DNA of 64,000 nucleotides, from the NCBI RefSeq assembly GCF_964355755.1, contig NC_092671.1, positions 9,982,001 through 10,046,000 on the forward strand. Reading direction: 5' to 3'. Shown piece by piece: positions 11,063-21,582 of the stretch. Below the pieces are notes generated by a model that worked only from the letters and a program-made list of their open reading frames with translations, was not told the origin of the DNA and did not search any database. Positions within the stretch are counted from its first letter, which is position 1. Each line of letters begins with the position of its first letter. A program made the translations under genes and the position numbers. This stretch comes from Antedon mediterranea (lineage: Eukaryota > Animalia > Echinodermata).

Positions 11063-12692
11063 GTTAATTAACAAGTGCTGCATTATTGGATATACGATCT
11101 TTCGATTCAAAAGTATTATTCAAACGAGATGAATAATAATGATAATAAATTTAATCATGGATAAAATTAGTAGCACTTATTGTATCCATGCATTAATTAA
11201 GACTGTAATGTACATTAAAGATGTAATGTACATTAAAGATGTATTGTCCCTTGAAACACAAAAAAATGAAGGTCAAAGTATTCTAATTTTAAATTGGCCA
11301 TATCAAAGTAATAATTATTAAAGTTATTCACTTTAAGTCGAAAATTTGAGCCCAAAACAACGAGTTTATGTAATTAACAGGTAAATTAGTTTGATTACAT
11401 TTTGTCTGGAAAATCGTCGCGAGCGAAAGTAAACAAAGATTTCAAACCCTGAGTGCATTACATTATATTATATATACATACAGTATGTATGCAGTATGCA
11501 TGATGCTAATTAGGATTTTCACGGTTGAGAAGGTGTTTTCAAACAGGCGCGTTGCATTATGAGATATGTTTTGATCGAAAACTTTGACTGGAAGTCAAAG
11601 TTTTTTTTTGAACAAAAAATGACTGTATTTCAGTTAAATGATATTTTTTTCTAATTTTGGTGAAAGTTAATAACTATTATGATACTTCAAAATGACCCAC
11701 TTTTTCCGAAATCTTTTGAAAAAAAATTGGCACACTTCAACTTGTGAAGGTGCGTCCGAAAGAAACAACTACTAGATAGTGTATGCAATTTTACAGAAGA
11801 AATAAGATATAAAGGAAGGAGAACTTTAAACAAGGACAATAAAAAGGAAATCACGACAGGAAGGCTAACGAACCTCTTAGAACAGTATCGTCCTTCAACA
11901 AGGTAATTTATTTCCGTTAAAACCGCAGATATCCCCACTTAATTTAGCTACACCATGGCTACACCGACTGCTATCAATGGTCGCACTTTGTAATAACAGG
12001 ATTTGTTATTTTAACTGTTTACGTCGTGCTTTTTTAAACAATTAAATTTGCTGTGACGATTATTTAATAACGTGCGACGTAAAATACTGACTCTAACTTT
12101 TGGGGACTGTATGAGCCTCGGTACCCGTAGGGATCTGGTTTCATTTTATAAAGTTAACAAGTAAGAGGGCGTACTCTATATTTTACGACAACAAATTCAA
12201 CAACAACAACAACACACAAAAAAATCAACGACACGTGAGAACCGTCGACAGAGGAGAGGTAGGCTTAGCACATAGGTCTATAATATTTAGCCTAGTCTAT
12301 ATAATTTGAATAAGCGACTCGCTTAGCCCATTAATGCTTACTCTCTACCTAATAATATACTAAAATAGGCAGGCTATAATAAGTTTATAGAAAGTAGTCT
12401 AGGCCTCTAGCTAGGCTCCTTCTTAGTTAGGCCTAGTTAGTTAGTCGCTAAGCCGCCGAGCCGAGCAGATAGTCCCGGGCGGCCGGCCCCTACCTAGAGA
12501 GCTACACCTGGTATTCAGTCAGGCCTAGCTACTACTAGCCAGAAAGAGGCCGCCTACTCTAAACGGTATGTATTGTTATATGTGGACAAATGTAGCAACC
12601 TTATTTTTTTTTTTTTTTACAAAATATTTTTCACAAAAATAAGTATTTGAATTGGTTTCAATTTCTGTACAGATTTGACATACAGTAACATC

Positions 12693-15600
12693 ATGGCAGA
12701 GTTATCATGTTTGCCAACCCCTTCACTCGTTGTTGATCTAAACAAAGTGACACAGAATTGTGAAAGGATGTTACAAAAATGTCAAGAACTGGGTGTTAAA
12801 CTTCGACCTCATACTAAAACCCATAAAACCCTGTAAGTTCATTAATCTAATCATTTACTTTTCCATCTAATAAGAAACTTAAAGTTAAAAGAGAAAATTC
12901 TTTAAAAATTTTGTTTGTATAATTGTTGTCGTGTTTCCTTTTGTCTGTTTTGTTTTGGCATCCCTGACACAAGCATTTGCTTTCTTATTTAGAAATAAAT
13001 GTTATTAATTATGATGATGATGTGACAGACATATCTACTATCTCTTTTCCTAAATTCAATATGACATTTTCTTTAAGGCAAGCAGGTGAAATATCAACCG
13101 GAAATCGAAAACATGGACTTGTTGTGTCAACAATAGCAGAAGCCAAATACTTTATCAATGGTGGATTCACAGATATTATATTTGCCCAGCCTCCAAGCCT
13201 AAACAAGGTGGAAGTGTGTACTGCCCTCGTTGAGAGTATCTCAAAATTTCATATGCTTATCGATAATGTTCAACATTTGCAAATGCTAGAGGATACAAAG
13301 TTGGCGAATGGAAAACAGTGGTCTGTCTTTCTCGATTTAGATTGTGGTTATGGTAGAAGTAAGTTCTATATATATAACTAAACATCCAGTATTGTCATTA
13401 TGATTACGGTATTATTGATATCATACCCCAGGATTTATAGATCTCTTCTGATATTGTGTCTCTTCTGATATTTTGAATGGCCGAGCAGCCAAGGCAGGGG
13501 TGCCATTTACCGTACCTAAAGAGCCAACAATATCGGCATGTGTTCAAGGCTGACTTGCTTCTAGTTCTGGTAGTGGAACAAGCCTCTTGGATAAGGACTA
13601 TAAACCGTATGTCCAGTGTACACGGTTATAACCTGTGTGCAAAAAACCCAGATCATTATTCAAGATGAGTAGGGGGTAGTGAACTGGTTCACAAAATATC
13701 TCTGTATCAGGTGGATTACCACCTATCTAATAGGAAAGTGATTAATTTACTATTGGTAATCCTTGGCAACATTGCCTGAAGATATAACATTTAAAAAAAA
13801 AAAAGAAAAAAACCATATTAATTTCCAAATCCATATAAGCAAGAATCAGTGCTGGCTACTATACCACATTGAAGGTGAAATGTCCGCATACCATCTAACT
13901 ACACCAGTGGTCTAATATGCATATATCAAGCAGAAGTACCAAAGTTTGAGTATCATATTTTCTCATCTTTCATCTCATGTTTTATGTTCTGTCTCACTAT
14001 CAAACTTCATGTGACAAAAAAAAATGTGATGTGTCTATATATGGACATAATGATGTCAAAGCACTACCATATTTGGGCATACCACATTTGGGCATACTAC
14101 TACCATATTTGGGCACATTACACTTTTTTGTCAATCTAGTTTGATAGTGTAGACAGAGCTTTACAGTTACAGCGAAACCTTTAATAACAAATAAATTAAC
14201 TTTTGTTTTATTTTCAAGCCGGAGCCAAATGGGATAGTATTAAAACATTTGACCTTGCTCGATTAATCCACCAATCAGAATCAGTTGATCTTGCTGGTCT
14301 TTATGTACATGAAGGAAATTCATACAATCAAACATCAACTGGTGATGTCACTAAACTTTCTGATATGACTGCAACACGATTGCTTGAATTTTCAGACAAG
14401 TAGGCATTTTATAAGTATTTACTTTTTGAAAATCTGTAACTGCTTTATAGTGAATTTTCCACTCAGAAGTATAGTGGGTACTTGGGAGGTTGTAAAAGCC
14501 ACGATATTCAGATCTCCCAAGGAGATTCCTGATATTTTAAGTCATCATCCCACCTCCCACTACAGTGAAATTTCTCAAGATTTCTTTTTATTTGAAAATA
14601 TATATATCTCGATATTAAATGTATAAATTTGTTACTTAGTCTTAAGATTTTTAAAGCACTCTCTATAATAGTTCTATGTTTATTATTAAATTGTTATTGT
14701 GCCCTTCTTGTTTGGCAATGTTTTCATAAATTCTCAAAATTGGGACCACCGCATATGTTTTTTTGCTGTTTTTGTAAAGCAGTATTGTGTATAATAAATG
14801 TGTGATTTTAAATGTTGCAGGCTTGAAAAGGAAGGAATAGATTGTCCAGTCAAATCAATGGGTTCAACTCCTTCTTGTAGCCTACCGACTGAAATCATGA
14901 GTAGAATAACTGAATTTCATCCTGGAAATTATGTGTTTTATGGTGAGTTATCATTGCCTTAGTTAAATACAAAACAACATTTTGAAGGTGGGACAAACTG
15001 AATTCGGATGTTATATTAACGAACTTATTCATTGGGGCAACATTCAGATGAAAAATCTATTAAAGAGATACCTTCCTGTGAAACAAGTGAGTGGCAATAT
15101 TTTATATTAGAATATTGTAGGTTGGTTTTGCGGAAGTTGCTTATATTGTTAATTTTCTGGTGTAATTGTTTCTCTTCTTGTCTTTTTTGTATGATTTGTA
15201 TATGGATGTACTATCCGAAATAAAGAAATGAATGAATAACACTACAGACAACCCTTATTAAATTAATATTGTCTAGTCCATAATGTATTATGTTTATTAT
15301 TCATAAAGCAAAACCAAGAATAATTAAACATTCTTATCTTCTAGATTTACAACAGTACTACATTGGTTCGTGTACTCTAGATGATATAGCATGTACGGTA
15401 ATTGCAAGGGTCATAGGTCACTACCCTGATAGAGGCCATATGGTGATGGATTGTGGTTGGACTGCACTGGACAACCAAAGCCAAATGTCAAAGTGCGTTA
15501 CTGGACATGGTTGCATTGTTGGTGAGCCAAATTTGAGGTCAGTGTTAAGTCAAGTTAGAAAGTCATAAAAAATAATTTTTAATTTTTTTATCATTTTCTT

Positions 15601-16375
15601 TTACAAAAGTTTTATTAATTTTATATATAGAATTGACTCCATGACCCAAGAACTTGGAAAAATATCTGCCATCAATGGTAAACTAGATTATGAAAAATAT
15701 CCGATTGGAACAATTTTACGGATATACCCATGGCATGTAAGTGAAATAAATTTAAAGTCTTTTTGGTGGCCAACACAGTGCCACTACCTAAGCCTATGTG
15801 AGTCTTAGTAGAAAGCAAAGCGACTAAGGCAGGAGCGCCGCCGCAAACCATAGCTATACAATCGACTCAAATTCAAGTCACTCCTCATTGTTCTAGTGGT
15901 AGAACAAGTCTTCTCGGATAAGGATTTAGAACTGGAGGTCCAGTGTACACATCTGGCTCGTGTGCACTTTAAAAAACCCAGTACATCTTTCGGAAGAGTA
16001 GGCGGTTACCCCGGTGTACTGGTCCATTCAGCCTCTTTTGATGTGGACAGACGAATGGGCGCTCTTTGGTGGCAGCACTCAACATGAAGGGACCCTTAGG
16101 AGTAGAAAGAAACCTGTGCGCAACTCAGCCCAGTAGACTGCAAGTCGCAGGTTATTCCTCCATTTACATGAGTTTCCAATTCTGTAAAGATGAGTACTTC
16201 ACACTTTACTTGTTATCTATGTTTTTTGACTTGTATTTTACTTTTCAAATTTAACTATCAAATTACTATTTTTTTCTAGGCGTGTGCAACAGCATCCTTG
16301 CATGAGGTCTATCATATCCTATTAGATGGTGCCATCGTTGACCAATGGAGACCAGTCAAATGGTGGTCAGCGTAA
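12693..16375 (+). CDS. D-serine dehydratase-like (DSD1 / D-threo-3-hydroxyaspartate dehydratase family) fold-type-III PLP/Zn enzyme, ~372 aa, 7 coding exons
   Basis: Exons 12693-12832, 13078-13358, 14219-14399, 14821-14942, 15345-15537, 15631-15736, 16280-16375 are phase-consistent (1119 nt). Motifs [18 protein letters not shown] (PLP lysine), [30 protein letters not shown], and PWHAC (His/Cys Zn ligands). Confidence 0.88.
13477..13690 (+). mobile_element. Degenerate copy of the same SINE (DSD intron)
   Basis: TGGCCGAGCAG head; GGATAAGGACTATAAACCGTATGTCCAGTGTACAC core. Confidence 0.7.
13986..14161. mobile_element. MITE family A (intron of the DSD-like gene)
   Basis: Both TIRs recognisable; internal motif repeated. 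Confidence 0.8.
15870..16100 (+). mobile_element. Degenerate copy of the same SINE (DSD intron)
   Basis: GTGGTAGAACAAGTCTTCTCGGATAAGGA...GTCCAGTGTACAC...GTTACCCCGGTGTACT matches 20795-20925. Confidence 0.75.
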
Positions 16376-17661
16376 CTGTTGGTCTACTACTGCATTACAA
16401 TTATATTTCTTGATTAAATTTAAATGAAATATTTTGTTGAAAATTTTAAATAAAATTTCTCTTTCCTCTATCAACATTCCTTTATTGCTACCACAATAAA
16501 AATAATAATATTCGTCAAGTTTATCATTAATTTACTTCTTGTCTATTAATGTTATGTACAGTGCATTGAGAGCTTGCTTACATGCGCTATAGAATTACTA
16601 ATTAATTAATATATAGCATATATTGCACAGGATTCCATGGGATCTGACATATTACTATTACTTTATTGCAGTCAATTTAGATAGACAGAGCAAAGATCTT
16701 TGTGTTGGTGTTTTAATTTGTAACGATCTATGCTTAAGGATCATTATTTGCTACCCAATCTCCTCAGCCCCCCTTAAAGGTTATAGGGTTGAGATAAGGG
16801 TAATAATGTGTAACATTAATTCGTATTATTCGAGCTTCCATTTTATTTTTTAAAACCAAAGGTGAATGAAATTATGTTTCAAAATATTTGAAATTATATC
16901 TAGAATAGAATTTTTTTAAATTGTAAAATAAAGATGATATAACAAATTATAAGATGTAACTATTTTTTGATTAATTCTTTTATTGAAATGAAATGTTAAA
17001 TGACAATTTTAAATAAGTGACATAATATTATTGACTTACTATTAGTGACATAATATTGTTAGATTACTAAAATGTATTGGTCATACTTTAATCATGATGA
17101 ATAAGCAAAGTGATTTAAATAAAAAGTACTGTATAAGCATTTTTTTTTCAATTTTATTATTCATTGGTTAAATAGGTAGATTAATTCTGTGTCAGTTTTC
17201 AATTGTACGGCAGTAACATATTTAGAGACCTAGCGACGAATGACAATTCTTTATCACTTCTGGCTGCAGAATGTATGATTGAATTTCTTGCTCCTTTATC
17301 ATATAGAATCATATATGTATATTGCTATATTATCTACAATTAGATTGTTGTGCAAACGCAGTCTAGAAGTAAGTATAATAGATTAATTAATACAATGCGG
17401 ATGCATATAGTTAGTAACTGCTTTTTACTACAAGGCTGTATTATACTTGAACAATAGTGTTCATATTAATAATGAATTTTCCATCAATCGAATACAAACA
17501 AGAAAATGAAACTTAATTTATTGGACAGAGACATCAATACACGGTTGTGTTGTCTATATGTAATTCACCCTATAATAACAAAGGAACATGTCAATAGTAA
17601 TAAAAACACGATCTAGCGTCAATAATCATTAAAATTTAATAAGAAATTGAAGAACCCATAT

Positions 17662-17674
17662 GTCTCCTAGCAAC
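17662..17674. promoter_or_regulatory. RFX X-box-like motif upstream of the TRIM gene
   Basis: GTCTCCTAGCAAC, about 230 bp before the ATG. Confidence 0.4.
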
Positions 17675-17898
17675 GAGATATAACTTGATATAAGTTATCG
17701 GTCAAATGCATTTTTAGTTTATTTTCTATCGAGGAAGGAATATATTAAAGTTTGCATTTAAGCTGTGGAAAGCAAATCAAAAATTAATAATATTTTTATA
17801 TAAGCGTGTTTTAAATTTTTTTATCTTGTGGGGAGAGAGCATTTAATCGACTTGTAACGATAATTAAACGTTCCTTTAAAACATAACTTTGTCGGAAA

Positions 17899-19809
17899 AT
17901 GGCAGAAGCACACGGGTATGTACAAGAATTTGAATCTGAGATTCTGCAATGCAAGCGATGTCTGTTACTGTTTGACGATGAACGAGTTCCAAAATATCTG
18001 CCATGCCTTCATACCTTCTGTAAACAATGTTTAGAGGAGATCAGTGCATGGAGTTATTGGCTCAATTGTCCAGAATGTGATGTCCGACTTCATCTACCTG
18101 ATGGCAGAATTAATGGAATCCCAGACAACTTCTTTATACAGAATATACAAGATTATTGGTCATTATATGGCAAGGCGACTACCCGCGAGGATGGATTAAT
18201 CTGTGCAGAATGTAAAAAAGGAGGGATTGCCGAACTCTGGTGTACAGAATGTCGACAAGTGATCTGCACTGGATGTGTTGACGAACATAAAATGAGTCGT
18301 TTGTGCAATCATGGAATTTATTGGTACAAGGATCTACGATTTAAGAAGCATACACTCTTCTGTAAGAACTGCCAGACTAAGGATAACAGAGAACTGGCAG
18401 TGGCCTGGTGTTGCCAGTGTATGACGTTCATCTGCAAGGCTTGTGTTGTGTCACACGAACTCGCCTCTATGATGAAGCACAATATTCAACCATTGACAAC
18501 ATTCAAACCATCGGACGGAATGCCAATGTTAAGACCTCATCTATTTTGTGACCAGCATGAGACCATGGAACTGTCACATTACTGTTTTGCTACTAAGTGT
18601 CAGACGGCACTCTGTGTGCTGTGTGCTTCCTCTGAGCATACAGATCCACCGCACAACACGTCAGAATTACAATTGGGCGCGAATGGATTGAAACATCGAT
18701 TAAAGAACTTTCTTAAAAAGTCAAGAGTAAATGAATCAAAATTAAACAAGCTGAGGGAAAACATTGAAAAAGAGAGAAAATCAATTGCAAAACAAGTAAA
18801 GGAAACAAAGCAGAATATCCAGGATTTAATGGAAAAATGCCACGAAATGCTCAATATTCGTGAAAAAGAGCTACTTGACGAAGTCGATGAAAACTTCAAA
18901 CAGTGGAATGAGAAACTGGACGAAGAAGTTAAAGAGTTTGAGCACGATCTTATACAAGTGTCATGTGGTTGTGAATTTATAGACAATGCTCTTATTCATG
19001 CCAGTAATATCGACGTTGTCTTTGCTTATAATGGTCTTGAAAACCGGATGGCAGATCTCTCCAATTGGCCTGTTTCAAATGGACCTATAACTATCGTCGA
19101 AACGGAACTTCAAGAACAGAACCGCGACGAATTCGAAGAGGTTGTCAAATCACTTGGAAATATTTATTCATTTAATGAACATGAATATCCAAGATTCACG
19201 AAAATACATGTTCATCATTGTTTGGTACATACCAAATGGGGTGTTAGTATACACACGGGAAATAAGTATGGTATGTGTAAGACTGGTGGAGCGCGGATTG
19301 AAGCGACATTACACGATCCGAGTTCCCGTCAAATTCCGTGCAAGATTGTAAGCAACTGTAACGGAACGTATGACGTCATATACACGCCTGATCATCTAGG
19401 ACCATTAAAATTGTATGTGCGTGTACACGGTAAGCCGATAGCAGAGTATCCGTTTATTGTTGAAGTTGAGCCATTTTTACTGGTACCAAAGGAAGCGTTT
19501 GTAGAAGAGGACGCAGTTGTCGAGATTCGAGTTCCAGTTTGTCTTTGCGGTTACCACATCATCAAACGATCCGATATCACGGATTGCGTAATTCGTAGTA
19601 GTACTAGTGAAACGGTATCAAACGATATTGTCAGTGTTCCGGATAAGATATCGGAATTCCTCGTCAAATTCAAACCGAAAGAAAGTGGACGTCATACTAT
19701 TGAAGTCTCTATCAACTGTAGAATAGGAGGGGTGACAACAAAAGAAACACATTTTATGGTGAATGAAGTAAACATTGATGACTTGGATTTAGACGTATAC
19801 GATAATTAA
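17899..19809 (+). CDS. Intronless TRIM/RBCC E3 ligase (RING, B-box1 x2, B-box2, coiled coil, filamin-type Ig repeats; TRIM45-like architecture)
   Basis: 636-aa ORF: RING CKRC...PKYLPCLHTFCKQCL...CPEC followed by NFFIQNI; three B-box Cys/His patterns; heptad region; filamin motif GGARIEATL...NCNGTYDVIYTP...G...L.VRVHGKPIAEYPFIVEV. No NHL repeats. Confidence 0.88.
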   Translation: MAEAHGYVQEFESEILQCKRCLLLFDDERVPKYLPCLHTFCKQCLEEISAWSYWLNCPECDVRLHLPDGRINGIPDNFFIQNIQDYWSLYGKATTREDGLICAECKKGGIAELWCTECRQVICTGCVDEHKMSRLCNHGIYWYKDLRFKKHTLFCKNCQTKDNRELAVAWCCQCMTFICKACVVSHELASMMKHNIQPLTTFKPSDGMPMLRPHLFCDQHETMELSHYCFATKCQTALCVLCASSEHTDPPHNTSELQLGANGLKHRLKNFLKKSRVNESKLNKLRENIEKERKSIAKQVKETKQNIQDLMEKCHEMLNIREKELLDEVDENFKQWNEKLDEEVKEFEHDLIQVSCGCEFIDNALIHASNIDVVFAYNGLENRMADLSNWPVSNGPITIVETELQEQNRDEFEEVVKSLGNIYSFNEHEYPRFTKIHVHHCLVHTKWGVSIHTGNKYGMCKTGGARIEATLHDPSSRQIPCKIVSNCNGTYDVIYTPDHLGPLKLYVRVHGKPIAEYPFIVEVEPFLLVPKEAFVEEDAVVEIRVPVCLCGYHIIKRSDITDCVIRSSTSETVSNDIVSVPDKISEFLVKFKPKESGRHTIEVSINCRIGGVTTKETHFMVNEVNIDDLDLDVYDN

Positions 19810-20174
19810 TAAGTATTACACAAACTTAGATTAGACGTAATCATTACTCCCACGATCATGATATTGGTTGTTATTTTGAGAATTAGGTAAATATAAAAAT
19901 ATTTTGTGTAGATATTCGTAATAATTACAATTTTATAAGAAATTCTGACAGTAGTATTTATCCATGAATTACTGTCTAAAATCTGTTCTTTTTTAACTTC
20001 TGTTTTTTTTCTAATGTAAACTGCAATATGAATCTTAAGAAATACGTTAAAAAGAAGTTTAGAAATTCTGACGTGTCCCCTATTAAGGGGATACTTTTTG
20101 ACTAATTGATTAATATGGGTTGATTGCATTGCACCTATGAAGTTGATATATTTATTTTAGTGTCACTACGTGTG

Positions 20175-20311
20175 AAGCTCTGTCTACACTATCAAACTTT
20201 ATGTGACAAACAAAATGTGCCTATATATGGTCATAATGATGTCATATCACTACCATATTTGGGCACATCACACTTTTTTTTTCAAACTAGTTTAATAGTG
20301 TAGACAGAGTT
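20175..20311. mobile_element. MITE family A
   Basis: AAGCTCTGTCTACACTATCAAAC...TAGTGTAGACAGAG. Confidence 0.85.
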
Positions 20312-20704
20312 ATGTTACATTCGTTACTATGGTCATATAACAATGTTATGTAGGCCTATAATAATCAATATATAAATCAATATAAATGTTAGGCATTTTG
20401 TTTACATTTGACATTCAGTTAGATTTGTCATAAACATTATGATAATAGAAATTATTTTTGTGATTATTATTTCAACTTTTATTATTTGTGGTTTGAATGG
20501 ACACACAATTTTTTTTTTCTTGTATTATTTCGTTTATAGTATTAATCGATGTTTGTTACTCTATAATAAAGTTAATCTGCAATTAATTAGTATACAACTA
20601 CCACAATCAATTTTGAGGTTTTATAGTCTACTTGATATTTAGCATAGTTTTAAATATAAGCTACTGTATCAAATAAAATTAAATTGAACAATACAATCAA
20701 TATA

Positions 20705-21075
20705 GAGTGAGTGAGTGGCCGAGCGGTTAAGACAGTGGAACCGTTATTAAGTAGCCATAACATCGGCAAGGGTTCGAGGCTCACTCGCTCCATGGTTCTG
20801 GTGGTAGAACGAGTCTTCTCGGATAAGGACTATAAACCGTAGGTCCAGTGTACACATAGCTCATGCGCACTTTAAAGAACCTAGTACATCTTTCGAAACG
20901 AGTAGGGGGTTACCCCGGTGTACTAGTCCACAGAATCACAGCCACTGTCACACACAGCCACTGTGCAAATTGGGACTGGACCGTTTTAGAGGTGTTTACC
21001 ACCTGTTGGTCCAGATCCTTCACTAACTGAGTTAGTGAGAAGTCGAATAAATAAAATAAAAATAAATAAATAAAT
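20705..21075 (+). mobile_element. tRNA-derived SINE with Deu/Nin-type core, apparently full length
   Basis: A box GTGGCCGAGCGGTTAAG, B box GGTTCGAGGC, core TCGGATAAGGACTATAAACCGTAGGTCC...TTAAAGAACC...GAGTAGGGGGTTACCCCGGTG resembling the DeuSINE domain as recalled, and an (AAAT)n tail. Confidence 0.8.
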
Positions 21076-21582
21076 ATCAGAAAGACAAATAAAACAACAA
21101 CAAATTTTTAATAAAAGATACATCTTTCAAAGACAAAATTGCACCATTTTGAATCACAAATTCAAAATTATTATTTACATTAATTAAAATATTCATCTAT
21201 ATACTTTTTGAATATTCAATACCCTAGTTCTGATGATACAACAAAATATAGACAAAACACATGAAATCACTTTTTCTACAATGAAATGACACCGACGTAA
21301 AAGTGTAGTATCAATTATTAAAAATTGGACCAAACAATATTTCCATATCAGAGTTCCACCAAACACTGTAAAATGTTAAAAAGCCACAACAAAATAGCAT
21401 GTGTGACAAGAAATTTGACTTGACATCACTGTTACTTAGAGAATTCCCTGCTTGGAGAGTTAAGGTTGAAAGATTTGAACCCGGAGTCTTGGGATTGGAA
21501 GTGAAGAATATTAACCACCATGCTTTATGACCGCTACAATTTGCACCGATCTTTTATCAAAATGTTTATAACATACAGTAAG

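Noticed and set aside
11679-11905. Plus-strand frame with one in-frame TGA ending at a donor-like AAG|GTAAT (selenoprotein or pseudogene?)
   Set aside because: No recognisable domain, no SECIS seen, and no compatible downstream exon identified.
8280-18986. Antisense ORFs overlapping RNF41, DSD-like and TRIM
   Set aside because: Shadow frames of real coding exons.
889-19809. PIDD-like + RNF41 + TRIM as a co-regulated immune gene cluster
   Set aside because: Proximity alone is weak evidence in animal genomes, and an unrelated metabolic gene intervenes. Only the head-to-head pair has structural support.
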